Positions 14,176 through 26,789 of a stretch of 64,000 bases of DNA are shown here, piece by piece; position 1 is the first letter of the stretch, and the number at the start of each line of letters is the position of its first letter. The translations under genes were made by a program, and so were the position numbers. Source of the DNA: Mesotaenium endlicherianum (Eukaryota); the NCBI GenBank assembly GCA_009602735.1, contig WELA01003517.1, forward strand, positions 149,141 to 213,140, written 5' to 3'. The notes under the pieces were generated by a model. The model was not told the DNA's origin, searched no databases, and was given only the letters and a program-made list of their open reading frames with translations.

Positions 14176-16007
14176 ATGCTGTCTCGCTTGGTGAATTCCT
14201 TCGGGCAGCTGGCTGGAAGGGTGACGAAACAAAAATTTGTTGGAACTGATCTTATTGGAAACAAATACTTTAAGGCACCAAAAGTTGTCGATGGTGCAGG
14301 TACACATAGACTATTATGCCGCCATTCATTTGCAAATTACCTTGTGTTAGTAAGTTACTATTCCTCTTCTGTATGTTCTGAGCGAACAACGGGTGAGCTC
14401 GTCGGATTCCGAAAGAAGCTTACACACGCTCAAATCGATTTCTATCTGGTTAAGTCAAGGCTTTGTTTTAATGTGGGCAGAAGTGGAAAGGAGGTGGGTG
14501 GAGTTCAAGGGCTCTGCCGATCCGACAAAGGTTCCAGGTGACACTTTTGGCTGGATATTCATCGTGCACCTGTGCTTTATTGGTTTTTACGCTTGTAGTA
14601 GAGGCCGACGCAGTGGTTTTTTTTAAATATTTGGTGTATTTCTCATTATGCTGTAAAAATAAATACAGTAAGGAGCTGGCAAGCACCTTCAGACGAGGTG
14701 TGATGGGGAGAATGCAATGGTTGATTGCTTACCTCAAATTCCTAACTCCTGTGCGCAGTGGAATGGACAAGCTGGCTATCAGGCACTAGACAAGAGGCTC
14801 CATCTCTAGCGGTACATCTCGCTGCAGAAACTGTTGAATCCAGTGGCAGTCTTCCTTGGCGGTCAAAGTTGTCAGATTAGATGTAGCAAGAATAAATTTC
14901 TAGCGAATACATATAGTTGAAGTGGGCCTGTATGGTGTGTGGCAGCTTTAGGAACATGTAAGGATGGGCTGACGATATGACAGGGACAACAATGGGAGGT
15001 ATATGCAGGAGATTGAGGCTCTAGACCGGCAGCGCAAGCTCGTTAAGCTGAAGGCTTCATGTAAGCCCCTTGTTATTATGCTGCACTTTGTCTTCTCTCA
15101 AGAGAATTTGGGCCCGAATCAAAGAGCGATGGTATGTGACTTCCCTGACCCTGTTTGAGATGGTGGAAGGGAAGAAGCTAATTGACTCTTCGGGTTTGAC
15201 CATTCGTCCAGTGTTGAAGAAAGAGGAGGACAAGCGCTTATTCCGGGCTAGAGTTCTTCAAGCTGATGCGTCTGCAGGTGCCCCCCTTTGCCTTCTGCTA
15301 GCTTCCTGAGACATGCACACCATGCGTGCCGTTGGCACTATGTCAAGTTAACTTAATATGCATCCAGTCAGCGGGAAGAGGGAGCTGCAGCAGCCCGTGT
15401 ACTTCACCTGACACATTCAAATGGGCTGTACTTCTGCTGGAGACTGAAATATGCCTGCTGGCTTTCACTTTTTGCAGACGACTTTACTTCACAGGACCTG
15501 AAGCGCTACCTGAAGCAGATAAAGCAGGAGACCTCCACTGCTTCTCCAGGTCAGTCACCACAGCACATGAGACCAGGGGACCAAAAAGGAGCATGTTCTT
15601 TTTTCATCTCTCAAGCTTTTTCTTGTCATGACTCTCTGACATCAAAAAGCCTTGTGAAGATTCAATCTTTGCCTTGAGGTGCACTCTGTTTTGTCCATCT
15701 GGACGGCCTGTGCTGTGTCCACTAGGATACCAATGCTTCAAGTGACAAAGATGTGGTATGAGGTTGACCTGCCGGGGTACAGGCAGCCAAGAGCTGGCTC
15801 TTCATGAAACCAATTCCAAACATGTTAATGCCAGCAGGGGGACAAAGTAACAGCGAGGAAGCACGGACGAGTCTGCCTGGTGGTAGCCACTTCGGATCAG
15901 ATGAAGAAATCCCAGATGGCCCAGCCTCAGCTCCTTCGGGAAGCTTCAGACCAGGCACCTGGCAGCCTCCGGATCCTCCCTCCAGGTACCACTCTCCTCA
16001 CCATTGA
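14176..16007 (+). CDS. NDUFAF2: NDUFA12/NDUFAF2-family (B17.2-like, mimitin) mitochondrial complex I assembly factor
   Basis: Exons 14176-14299, 14481-14537, 14759-14811, 15009-15060, 15212-15277, 15478-15549 and 15838-16007 are all GT-AG and in phase. Motifs: VGTDLIGNKYF, ERRWVEF, VPVEWTSWLSGTRQEAP, C-terminal FRPGTWQP. Confidence 0.85.
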
Positions 16008-17124
16008 TGTGGAGTGCTCTCAGTTCATTGCTGAAGGAGTTGTGGGGAAGAAGCATGAGGGAGACGCTGTTTTACTGGAAGGTGAGGCAGTCTTGGGGTT
16101 CCATATTAGGAAGCCATATTGAGCCCCTCATTGCACACGTGTTGCCTTCAATTGCATACCCCTTGCATGCCGGTCTCCAAGGGCCTGCTAAGAACACTCC
16201 TGTAACTTCGGTCATGTTTGTGTTTAAAAGGATGCTGTTACTTGAAACTGTCTGTCAGTGTAGCTACAGACAACCAGCCTCTCATCTTGAAAAAGCCCAG
16301 CCTTGTGTGGTGCTCATCTCTGTTCCCCTTCAGCGTTAAGATGTTAAATGTATCTTGTTCCTGAGTTTGTGCTCCCTTCTCATACTACAAACATATTCTC
16401 CTGCTGAGTCCCCTCCCACGCTTGTTGCAGTCAGCAGCTTGATTCATAACATAGAGTGACGGCTTGTTCGTTCAGCCGTTGCGTCCATGTCACTGATCAC
16501 ATCAGGCGTTCTCACGAGAGAGGGAGGGAGGAGCGTGCCTGCTGAGGCAACCACCCTGGTTCCTGCGCTTACGTAAGCCATAACCAATAGGTCAAGCTCA
16601 GGAGGAATGCACTGTGGAAACAGTAGGCGGGGGGGCCTTGTAATGCATGGATTATAGGATCATACGATTGGACAAAGAGGGATGCACCTTCTTTATCACT
16701 TCAGGCAAGCAATGGGCTCTGCTCTGGGCCAGCTCAACATTATTGCGAGGCGTGCATGCAGGGAGCCCAAAGGACGCGCCGAGTCGTTCCAGCCCGGCAT
16801 GTGGGAGCCTCCGGAACCCACAAGGAGATAGCAGTTTCTCTAATGCGTCTTCATGACCAGGAGACCTTCTCTGGTTTGTAATATATGGCAGAAACAGGCA
16901 CAAACTTGGGATGCATACCTCCCACTAATCACAAACAAGGTTTACAAGTAGGAAAAATGGTTTGAAAGACCGGCAAAGGAAGTCAAAAGAGCCGCATCCG
17001 GCTGAAGCTCGTAGAGAGGGAGTCCCTAATGTTGTAAGCTTGCTTGAGCAACCTATTTGCGCGACTTTGTCAGCTTTGACATGCAAGCAAGACGAAGTAA
17101 ACTAGTCAAAGCGGTCTCATTGGG

Positions 17125-17627
17125 TGTAGTGATTTGAGTTATTATATATTAGTTCGCATATATTTTAATGTTTTCAAATATATTTGGAGTAGTATTGTGT
17201 GGATTCAAGTGTGAATAGGTACTCTAGTGACTTGGTTCATGTCCTTTGAACCTTCTAAGGCATTTTCGAAGTTAGAGGAAAGACCTAGAAGAACTCCATG
17301 TGGCAAAAGTCAGATGTGCCATTTTTAGGTCAAAAGGACATGTGTACATTATTCTAGAAAGAGGTGGCAAGTTTTGGGATGTGTTGGGTGCCAACACATC
17401 AACATACACCTTCCTAGAAATTACTTATGTAGCAAGTATATAAACAAGAGCTAGAACATAGAAAGACATTCCAGAATCACTCTTGTACTTGCCAAAATCC
17501 AGAAATATATTAACTTTCAAGAAGCCATCTCTCTTTCAAGAAGCTACCACTTGTGTTCAAAGATCCTTGTCTTGAATAGATAAAGTATTCTGTTTTACTA
17601 AGTACTTTATCTATCTGTTTCACTACA
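17125..17627 (+). repeat. 5' LTR of A1
   Basis: TGTAGTG...CACTACA; near-identical to 23302-23804; TATA-like GTATATAAAC near 17436. Confidence 0.97.
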
Positions 17628-17628
17628 G

Positions 17629-17640
17629 TGGTATCGGAGC
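17629..17640 (+). promoter_or_regulatory. Primer binding site (tRNA-iMet type)
   Basis: TGGTATCGGAGC one base after the LTR. Confidence 0.93.
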
Positions 17641-17664
17641 TAGGCACTTTGGTAGCACAAGAAG

Positions 17665-18945
17665 ATGGCCGATCCTCAAGACCAACAGCAAGCTTTCGAA
17701 GGAAGCCCTTCCTCTCCAAGACACCCTCCTCCAGCGCCGATGGGAGAGCCCACTCAAGAAAATCTGCAACAACAAGAAGCACCACAAGGAGGAGCACACC
17801 CTCCTCCAGCGTCGATGGGAGAGCCTACTCAAGGAAATCTGCAACAACAAGAAGCACCACAAGGAGGAGCACCGTCAAATCCCGTGGCAGCCGCTATAGC
17901 AAAGTTGACCCCACCACAAGGAGTTCCCGCAAATGAGTGGGCAGCCTTCCTAATGACCGTCCACAACCAAGTGGGCTTGGCCACCTATGAAGCAACCGTG
18001 CAAGCGTCAAGAGAAGCTATGGCTGCCATGGTTGCCCCTATTGCGAGCAATGCTCAAAATCCAGCCCCGGCTCAAGCGCCTCCACAAGAGCCAACGAGAG
18101 CAAGGAAACTCATCAAGCCCGGCAAACCCGACACTTTCAACCCCGGGAAAGGTGCCAACCTGAATTTATGGCTCTACCAAGTGGAGACGTACCTCGCGTT
18201 CCTTGAAGTACCCGAGGAGGACTACGTTCCCTTTGCCGTTACCTTACTTAGAGGAGCAGCAACATCATGGTGGCGTAACTATCAAGCGGCTATATATCAA
18301 GCTATGGCGCACCCCATGCTCGGCCAAGAGCCCCCACCATCATATGCAAGATGGGCAGATTTTCGTGAGGCCCTCAAGAAGCAATTCATGCCCATCAATG
18401 CGGAGAAGATTGCCCGAGGAAAGCTCCACCATCTCAAGCAAACGACGTCCGTTCAAGAGTATACATCCAGATTTCACGCCCTCACTCTTGAGATCCCCAA
18501 CATGTCTCTCGAGGAGAAGATTGACCGTTACATCTTTGGCCTCAAACCCAAGGTGGCAAAGGAAGTGGAGTTACGCGACTTGACGGACTTCTCAAAGATC
18601 ATTGAAGTGGCCCAAAAGGTGGATACCTTGGATTTCAAGCACTCCGTGCCTTCATCTTCACGGGTACCGACGACGCGGGTGTACGCAGCCCCTTCCACAT
18701 CCGAATCTGGACCCACACCCATGGAAATCGGAGTTATTAAAAGGGACCCCGCGGCTGCCCGGAAGAGTGGAAGACCCTCCAATGACACTTATGATGCAAG
18801 AAACCAGCAAGGAGTGAAAGCAAGACTCTCCCCGGCTGAAAAAGAAGCTCTCATGACGGCTGGACTATGCTTCTATTGCAAGGAAAAGGGCCATCGTGCA
18901 CTTTCATGCCCCAAAAAGTTGTCAAAAAACGGACAGCGCCGGTAG
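17665..18945 (+). CDS. gag: Gag (capsid plus CCHC zinc knuckle)
   Basis: [46 protein letters not shown]. Confidence 0.95.
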   Translation: MADPQDQQQAFEGSPSSPRHPPPAPMGEPTQENLQQQEAPQGGAHPPPASMGEPTQGNLQQQEAPQGGAPSNPVAAAIAKLTPPQGVPANEWAAFLMTVHNQVGLATYEATVQASREAMAAMVAPIASNAQNPAPAQAPPQEPTRARKLIKPGKPDTFNPGKGANLNLWLYQVETYLAFLEVPEEDYVPFAVTLLRGAATSWWRNYQAAIYQAMAHPMLGQEPPPSYARWADFREALKKQFMPINAEKIARGKLHHLKQTTSVQEYTSRFHALTLEIPNMSLEEKIDRYIFGLKPKVAKEVELRDLTDFSKIIEVAQKVDTLDFKHSVPSSSRVPTTRVYAAPSTSESGPTPMEIGVIKRDPAAARKSGRPSNDTYDARNQQGVKARLSPAEKEALMTAGLCFYCKEKGHRALSCPKKLSKNGQRR

Positions 18946-21900
18946 GCCAGGAGCCTACCACCCCAAGACCCACTTCACGAGAAGGCAACACGCCAAGTGA
19001 GGTGGAGACCCCCGTTGAAGACGACGTTCCAGCCCCAATGAGTTTGAGAGGTTACCTTGGAGGAGAGAAGGTCCACATCTTGGTGGATAGCGGAGCTCAA
19101 GGCAACTTCATTGCTGCAGATTTTGCCACCAAGCACGGTATTACTATGCGAACTCTTGACCACGACGAGGAGATTATGATGCCCGATGGATTCTCCTATA
19201 CTACCCCTTCCAAGAAGACGTACCCCTTGGCACTCTCTATCAAGTCCTTCAAGGATAGAGTAGTGTTCTCCCCCATGCAATTGGGCAAGTACGACGTCAT
19301 CCTAGGGACGCCTTGGTTGACCAAGCACAACCCCCAAGTTGATTGGAGGACCGGTACTATCAAGATCAAGAATGACATCACTTCAAGAATCTGTATTTTG
19401 CGCGCAATCCAGAATATCCAGACCCAAGACATCCAGAAGCCGGCACACGAGATACTATTGTCCGCCCTCCAACTCAAGAGACTTGTGAGGAAGGGACACG
19501 AGCTTCTTTTGGCCTTGATCACGCCAAAAGACATCAAGAAAGACATCGAGAGTCAAGAAGGCAGCCCCGTTCCCAAGGAGATACAAGAAGTCTTTGAGGA
19601 CTACAAAGAAGTGTTCTCCCCGGAATTGCCCAAGGGCCTACCCCCCAAAAGATTCGTAGACCACAAGATAGAGTTGGAGCCCGGAAGCAAGCCCATCTCT
19701 CGGCCTACGTTCAAAATGTCATACACGGAGCTAGACGAAGTCAAGAAGCAAATCAAGGAGCTACTGGAGCATGGCTTCATTCGACCTAGCAAGTCGCCAT
19801 TTGGAGCCCCGGTGCTATTTGTCAAGAAGAAAGATGGTACCTTGAGGATGTGTGTGGACTATCGCGCCCTCAACAAGATCACCATCAAGAATCGATACCC
19901 GCTGCCGCGCATGGATGAGCTCATGGACCGGCTGGTTGGAGCCAAGTACTTCACGAAGATTGACTTACGGAGCGGCTACCACCAGATTCGCATCGCAGAA
20001 CCGGACATAGAGAAGACGGCATTCAGGACAAGATATGGACATTTTGAGTTCATGGTCCTGCCATTTGGACTCACCAACGCGCCAGCAACTTTCATGACTA
20101 TGATGAACACCATATTTCAGCCCATGTTGGACAGATTTGTGGTGGTATTCATCGATGACATCCTTATCTACAGCAAGACCCTTGAAGAGCATGCGAGACA
20201 CTTGAAAGAAGTCCTTGAAGTATTGAAGCAAAACAAGCTGTTTGCGAAGGAGTCAAAATGCGAGTTTGCCAAACAAGAAGTGGAGTTCCTAGGTCTCCAC
20301 GTGACTGCTGATGGCATCAAGATAGACCCCAAGAAGACCACGGTGGTGGAGGAATGGCCAACCCCCACGACCAAGAAAGAACTCCAGTCATTCTTGGGAT
20401 TTGCCAATTGGTACAGAAAATTCATCCAAGGCTTCTCGCACATAGCAGCCCCCCTGACAGATCTACTCAAGAAGGACAGGCTATATACATGGACCGAGAA
20501 AGAGGAAGAGGCATTTCAAGAGTTAAAGCGAAGATTGACCACATCCCCGGTGCTCACACTCCCAAGTCCAAACCCAGATTGGCCCTTCCACGTCATCACC
20601 GATGCATCTTCCTATGCAATAGGAGCAATCCTGCTTCAAGACCAAGGCAAGGGACTGCAGCCCATCGCCTACGAGTCAAGGAAGCTAAATCCAGCCGAGC
20701 AAAATTATACAACCACGGAGCGAGAGGCATTGGCGATTGTACATGCCTTGAAGGTTTGGCGCTGCTACGTTGAAGGACGCAAAGTACTGGTCACCACGGA
20801 CCACGAGGCGTTAAAGCACCTCCAGACGCAGCCGTATCTCTCAAGGAGACAAGCAAGATGGAGCGGATACTTGCAACAATACAACATCACGATTCAGTAC
20901 CAGCCCGGCAAGACAAACCCGGCTGACCCCCTCTCAAGACTGCAATTAAATGCAGTGATGGTATCCCTGAAGACAGATCTGGAAGCTCGATTTTCAGCCG
21001 CCTATGAAAGAGACCCTTACTACAAGAACGGAGAAGCAGCCTTGGACCCATGCAAGAAGCAAGAAGGCAATTATTGGGTGAGGCAAGATACGGGCCAGAG
21101 ATGTGTTCCTAATGACTTAGACCTCCGGCTCTTGCTTCTACGAGAAGCACACGACAACCCTCTTGGAGGACACTTTGGAATCCTAAGGACCACGGGCGTT
21201 CTAGCTAGGACTTATTGTTGGCCAGGCATGTCTAAGCAAGTCAAGGAGTACTGCAGGAGCTGTGACACATGCCAAAGAATCAAGCCATCATCGCAAAAGG
21301 CGGGAGGACTCCTCCAACCACTACCAATCCCCGAAAGACAATGGACGGACATCTCAATGGACCTTATCGTGGACTTGCCCGTGACACCTCGAGGCCATAA
21401 TGCAATACTCACGGTGGTGGACAGACTTACCAAGATGGCTCATTTTATTCCCACGACGACTAAGGCTACAGCACCACAACTTGCAAGACTCATCTTTGAC
21501 AACATCTTCCGACTCCATGGACTACCATCAAGAATTGTGTCAGATAGAGATCCAAGATTCACAAGCCATTTCTGGAAAAATCTCTTCAAGAACTTGGGTA
21601 CATCGCTGGATATGTCTACTGCCTACCACCCACAATCAGATGGGCAAACCGAGCGTATGAATCGTACCCTAAAGACCTCTCTAAAGGCCTACGTGTCTAC
21701 CCTCGAGCAAGACTGGGACATGTACTTGACCCCCCTCGAGTTTGCCTACAACAACACTACGCAGGCCTCTACCCAAGAGTCCCCATTCTTCCTCAACTAT
21801 GGCTTCCATCCGACCACGCCACTGAGCTTCACGGCTGGCCATGATGAAGTACCTGCAGCCACAGATTTTATGGAGACATTAGAAGCAGCCCTTACAGCAG

Positions 21901-22532
21901 CGAAGAAAGCTCTACAACACGCGCAAGATGCTCAAGCAAGAGTGGCGAACAGATCCAGAAGAGAAATTACGTACAGAGTGGGTGACAACGTGTTACTATC
22001 ATCCAAGAACATTTCCCTGAACAACAGGCCTGCCGGCAGCAAGTTCTCTCCCAAGTATTTGGGACCCTTCAAGATTATCCAGCAAGTCAACCCCGTTGCT
22101 TTCAAGCTAGAACTTCCCCAGACTATGCACATCGACCCCGTATTCCACGCTTCCCTCTTCAAGCCATATGTGCAACCCGACAACAAGTTCCCAGGACGTG
22201 TGACAACCCCACCAGCCCCAACAATAGTGGATGATCATTTGGAGTACGAAGTGGAAGACATAGTGGCTATGAGAAATTTCAGGAGACAGCAGCAATACTT
22301 GATCAAGTGGAAAGGATATCCAGATTCGGAGAATAGTTGGGTGGCGGCGCACTACCTTGACAAAGTTCAGAGAAAGTTGAAGCGCTTCCATGCCGCCAAC
22401 CCCCATCTTGGACCAGCCCCAAGTCTCTCTACTAGAAGCCCGAAGACTTCAGGGAGGCAGCCTGCCACCATCAAGAAGCAGCAGAAGACCCCTTGGAGGC
22501 AGCCTGCAAGAACAAGAAAGAGGAAAAATTGA
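18867..22532 (+). CDS. pol: Pol: protease, RT, RNase H, integrase, chromodomain
   Basis: [52 protein letters not shown]...YLIKWKGY. Confidence 0.97.
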   Translation: MLLLQGKGPSCTFMPQKVVKKRTAPVGQEPTTPRPTSREGNTPSEVETPVEDDVPAPMSLRGYLGGEKVHILVDSGAQGNFIAADFATKHGITMRTLDHDEEIMMPDGFSYTTPSKKTYPLALSIKSFKDRVVFSPMQLGKYDVILGTPWLTKHNPQVDWRTGTIKIKNDITSRICILRAIQNIQTQDIQKPAHEILLSALQLKRLVRKGHELLLALITPKDIKKDIESQEGSPVPKEIQEVFEDYKEVFSPELPKGLPPKRFVDHKIELEPGSKPISRPTFKMSYTELDEVKKQIKELLEHGFIRPSKSPFGAPVLFVKKKDGTLRMCVDYRALNKITIKNRYPLPRMDELMDRLVGAKYFTKIDLRSGYHQIRIAEPDIEKTAFRTRYGHFEFMVLPFGLTNAPATFMTMMNTIFQPMLDRFVVVFIDDILIYSKTLEEHARHLKEVLEVLKQNKLFAKESKCEFAKQEVEFLGLHVTADGIKIDPKKTTVVEEWPTPTTKKELQSFLGFANWYRKFIQGFSHIAAPLTDLLKKDRLYTWTEKEEEAFQELKRRLTTSPVLTLPSPNPDWPFHVITDASSYAIGAILLQDQGKGLQPIAYESRKLNPAEQNYTTTEREALAIVHALKVWRCYVEGRKVLVTTDHEALKHLQTQPYLSRRQARWSGYLQQYNITIQYQPGKTNPADPLSRLQLNAVMVSLKTDLEARFSAAYERDPYYKNGEAALDPCKKQEGNYWVRQDTGQRCVPNDLDLRLLLLREAHDNPLGGHFGILRTTGVLARTYCWPGMSKQVKEYCRSCDTCQRIKPSSQKAGGLLQPLPIPERQWTDISMDLIVDLPVTPRGHNAILTVVDRLTKMAHFIPTTTKATAPQLARLIFDNIFRLHGLPSRIVSDRDPRFTSHFWKNLFKNLGTSLDMSTAYHPQSDGQTERMNRTLKTSLKAYVSTLEQDWDMYLTPLEFAYNNTTQASTQESPFFLNYGFHPTTPLSFTAGHDEVPAATDFMETLEAALTAAKKALQHAQDAQARVANRSRREITYRVGDNVLLSSKNISLNNRPAGSKFSPKYLGPFKIIQQVNPVAFKLELPQTMHIDPVFHASLFKPYVQPDNKFPGRVTTPPAPTIVDDHLEYEVEDIVAMRNFRRQQQYLIKWKGYPDSENSWVAAHYLDKVQRKLKRFHAANPHLGPAPSLSTRSPKTSGRQPATIKKQQKTPWRQPARTRKRKN
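18924..18959 (+). promoter_or_regulatory. Programmed -1 ribosomal frameshift signal
   Basis: A_AAA_AAC in the gag frame (18924-18930), then hairpin GGTAGGC-CAGGA-GCCTACC (18941-18959). pol lies in the -1 frame and overlaps gag. Confidence 0.8.
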
Positions 22533-23291
22533 CATTAGACACTCTTCTCTTCTCGCAGTTTCTGGACAGAAAACTAAAACTGCTACTGGTAATAGGTCTC
22601 TGCATAATAAATTCTGAAAATTTACCTGGCTGTAGTCCATGAGTAGCCGGTCATTTAGAGTCCAAGTTTGCTCAATTTGGAGCACTGGTGAGAGAGATAT
22701 GATGCTCTAAGTAGAAGGGGGTCAGGCTGCTGGCATTGTTAGGACAGAATATGCCTTCTGACATTGTGCCTTCCCCTGAACTTGGAATGCTCTGAAACTC
22801 AAGACTCTGGTAGAACATCTTACAGCGCCCAGTTTGAGACTTAGTTTGCAGAATTTGGAGAAGTATAGAAGGACTTATGATTTTCAGAAGTTTCTGCACA
22901 GATTTGGAGGAGTGCCTACTCTCTCAGCTCTCAACGACACTCCAGAAATGAGAATGCTCTCAAATTTGGTGACCCGGTAGAGTTCTCCGACGCGGTCCGT
23001 CTGGCACTCGAATTTTCAGATTTGGAGCAGTTCTGTGGCCGCTATGAATTTTTGAGTTCGTGGCAGATTCTGGGCCAACTTGTACAATTTTCTTTATCAT
23101 TAAGGAGTAGGCTAGCCAATAAGGTCACACCACCTACGACCTTGCCTAGTCTACCTTACATGTGTAGCACCTGACTTGGCGCCTTTGACTAGTCCTCTTC
23201 ACATGTGGGGCATCTGACTTGAAACTGTTGACTAGTTTGCTCCACATGTGTAAGACCTGACTTGACGCGCCGAGACGTCGCTTTTTCTATC

Positions 23292-23301
23292 GGGGGGGTG
23301 A
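23292..23301 (+). promoter_or_regulatory. Polypurine tract of A1
   Basis: GGGGGGGTGA directly before the 3' LTR. Confidence 0.85.
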
Positions 23302-23804
23302 TGTAGTGATTTGAGTTATTATATATTAGTTTGCATATATTTTAATGTTTTCAAATATATTTGGAGTAGTATTGTGTGGAGTCAAGTGTGAATAGGTACT
23401 CTAGTAACTTGGTTCATGTCCTTTGAACCTTCCAAGGCATTTTCGAAGTTAGAGGAAAGACCTAGAAGAACTCCATGTGGCAAAAGTCAGATGTGCCATT
23501 TTTAGGTCAAAAGGACATGTGTACATTATTCTAGAAAGAGGTGGCAAGTTTTGGGATGTGTTGGGTGCCAACACATCAACATACACCTTCCTAGAAATTA
23601 CTTATGTAGCAAGTATATAAACAAGAGCTAGAACATAGAAAGACATGGGAGAATCACTCTTGTACTTGCCAAAATCCAGAAATATATTAACTATCAAGAA
23701 GCCATCTCTCTTTCAAGAAGCTACCACTTGTGTTCAAAGATCCTTGTCTTGAATAGATAAACTATTCTGTTTTACTAAGTACTTTATCTATCTGTTTCAC
23801 TACA
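23302..23804 (+). repeat. 3' LTR of A1
   Basis: Copy of 17125-17627 with about 9 substitutions (counted by eye). Confidence 0.97.
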
Positions 23805-25364
23805 TTGGGTCTCATGTATTCAGAGAGTTGAAGAAAGTAGTCCTCATAAGTCAAAGTTTTGAGACATATTGACAAATATGTCTCAAAACAGGATCTTTGA
23901 CATATGAAATAGATGCATGAATTAATGCGCGAGCAAATGCCCGCGCTCTCTATCCAATAGTCAAACTAATAACGTTGACTGCATACCTAACGAGATTATT
24001 TAAATGAAGTAACATCTTTGTTCTAATTATTGCAGTGCACAATAAGCAAAGCTATGTCACTAGATCTCCTCTCGCAGCCGCCACTGTTCATGTCAGGGAG
24101 GCTGCAGCAATTATTGCATAAGCACGCCCAATCCTCTCTGATGGCGTCGCTCTCTGGTCAGAAGTCTAATGTCTCACCCCACAAGGTAGATCCCATGGCT
24201 GAGAGCGCTGCTGCTAAGGCCAAAGGGGTTTGGCTGACCCATCCATGGTCACTTTTGAGTCTGTCAGACAAGGATAAGGAGAAGCTGTTGCAGGCGGCAC
24301 AAGAACGAATTGTAATGGAATTGAACTTGCAGAAACAGTGGGAGTCTTCCCAACTTTATGTTGTCCGGGCATTTTAGAGCCACACACCTAGTCTAAGTGA
24401 TGGAGCTTACACGGAAGATGAATTCAGTGACACAGATTTTTCAGATGCTGACAGCAGAGAAACAGCAAGACAGCAACAAGAGGTATAGCAACGATGACAA
24501 CTTCCGCACAGACCAACTTGCTAGAGAGGTTTAGAGACTCAAGGAAGAAAAAGATCTGGCGGGCATGAGTAAACTCAACGAAGGCAACGAAATACAATTG
24601 AAGTATTGCAATGAGCTAGAGGAAGCTGCTCTGCAAGCCCAGGCCGCCCTCACTAATGGTGACAACAACAGCACAGGTACAAACCTAGCAGTTTGCCTCG
24701 CTGTCATCGCCTTCCGTAAGAAACTTGTTTGGCTGGCAAAAGAGTACACATGGCCTGTGGTTAATGAAGCCCTCAGGAAATGTGCCAAAAATGGTAAGGA
24801 GCCAGAGAAGGAGGACTTAGATGCGCTATGTCAGAGCACAAAACTGAAAATTCAAGAAGAAGCTCCAATACAAAAGAATTAGATGTTCACCAGGCAGGGG
24901 CTACAATAAGAATGGCGGCCACATCTATTGCTACAATTATAGGCAATTGGGACATCTCTCTACTGAATCTCACAGCCCTCAGAAATACGATGGCCGTCTG
25001 GAGACTCGAGCTGCCCCAATTTTCCCTCGGCAGCATTTCAATCAGCAAATGCTTTCAATCTTTGATGGGCCCGCCTCCACATCAATTCAGGCAATAGGAG
25101 CGGAGAATATGAGCTACCATATTGGCCAGATGCTATTGACCATATTGGTCGGATGTAACTTGCCTGGAATTACCAGTGCATATAATCAAGGGGTACGGTG
25201 GTACCAGTTTGTGCAATAAGCATTGGCAATTGTTATGCATGTGGGTATGCTGTGGGTTGAACAGTGTGTAAGGACGATGTTTGCCTTAACAACTTGCTGG
25301 AAGGAGTCAACCCCGCATCTAGTAGTAAGCCTCCTACCAGCAGTGACTCTCTTGATATGAGTAA

Positions 25365-26240
25365 GAGACTCTGAGATAAACTGGCTTGGTGGGAGGCATG
25401 GTGTCAGAGCACACTAGTGCTGTCAGTCATTGAATATGGGTACCAATTACCTTGGAATCCTAAGGGTCACCCTGATGTTCCAGAAATGGAACCATGGAGG
25501 AGTTAAGAAATTTGTTGATTTCACTAGGTCAGCTATTGGAGAGCTGCTAGAGTCGGGTGTTGCCATAGAATGGCAGGAGGTTAATAAGCCAGTCTGGGTA
25601 TCCCCCTTGAAAGTCGTGAAGGAAAGAAATTACGGTTAACTCTTGATCTCATAATTCTAAATAAGCACTTGGAGAGCATACCCTTCAGATTTGAAGGATT
25701 GAACAAGCTGCCAGAGGTAGTGGAGCCTCAGGCATTATTCTTCTCCATAGACTTGAAGTCCGGGTACCATCACATCGAAATGCACCCAGACTTTATCAAA
25801 TATTTAGGTTTTCAATTTGAAGGCAAGACTCATGTCTATACCAGTCTACCATTTGGCTTATCTACTGCCCCTTACATCTTTACAAAACTGATAAAACAGG
25901 TAGCAGGCGGATGGAAATCTGCAGGAATCAATTTGATTCCTTACTTAGATAATATTCTATTCACTCGCAAAACACCACAGGAGCATGCCTTAATGAAGAC
26001 TATTGTCACTGATTGTCAGGATGGGGGGATCTGATAAACTTTGATAAAGTTCAATTTGAATGCACCAGAGTGCAGGAGTTCTTGGGAGTGGTCATAGACT
26101 CTAGATCAATGAGAATCCACAAAGACACCAAGAGAAAGGCAAAGTTATTGGCCACTCTCGACAGACTGCATGCAGCTTCAGTGAAGCATGAGAAAGTGTC
26201 TGTGAGAGAGCTCGCATCTGTTGCTGGCCAAAAATAGCAT
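25365..26240 (+). pseudogene. DIRS1-type reverse transcriptase (disrupted)
   Basis: VIEYGYQLPW, VSPLKVV, LRLTLDL, FRFEGL, SIDLKSGYHHI, YLGFQF, LPFGLSTAPYIFTKL, YLDN, EFLGVVIDS. Confidence 0.9.
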
Positions 26241-26789
26241 ATGCAGACCTAGCAACCGCCTATACCAGACAAATGTATGCAACCTTGAAAGGCAAATTGA
26301 TTGCAGTGATACAGTGATCATCTCAGGATATGTCAGAGCTGAATATAATCTATGGAAAGAATTATTTAGCACCTTCAATGATGCAGAGATTAGGATGTAT
26401 AACTCACCTGATCATGTGCTAGATATAGAGTCAGAAGAAGAGATCTACTATGCTGTGGTCTACAAAGTAGCCAAGAATAAGTACTGGACTTTGGAAAATG
26501 CTCCAGATGAGACCTTGTATGGTGATGGGGTCAAGTCACGGTTAGGCAGGGTTCCGGAGACTGTAACTAGCTATGCCAAGATCACAAGAAGGAATCATAT
26601 TTTGGTGAGGATAATTAACAAGCAAGCTGTTAGAGTCATATAGCAAGGTGGAACTGAGAAGGAGGATCTGTGGACAGTCACTAGGAAATTTATGATAGAG
26701 TCAAGGAGAAAGAATCCACCCTCCAAGTGGTCTATAGACCTTGGAGCAATATGAAAATATTAGAAGTGATAGCCAGAGCCAAGGAGAAG

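Larger units (their letters stand above)
17125..23804 (+). mobile_element. Intact Ty3/Gypsy chromovirus LTR retrotransposon (family A, copy A1)
   Basis: 503-bp TG...CA LTRs; TSD TTGGG (17120-17124 and 23805-23809); PBS, PPT, and uninterrupted gag and pol. Confidence 0.98.

Noticed and set aside
15726..15755. Extra mini-exon (DTNASSDKDV) in NDUFAF2
   Set aside because: Its phase does not fit the flanking canonical exons without non-canonical sites; needs RNA data.
16440..17124. Tyrosine recombinase or left terminus of the DIRS element
   Set aside because: No R...HxxR...Y motifs and no matching terminal repeat found.
23157..23265. CRISPR-like short repeats
   Set aside because: Degenerate tandem units with no unique spacers or cas genes; eukaryotic TE context.
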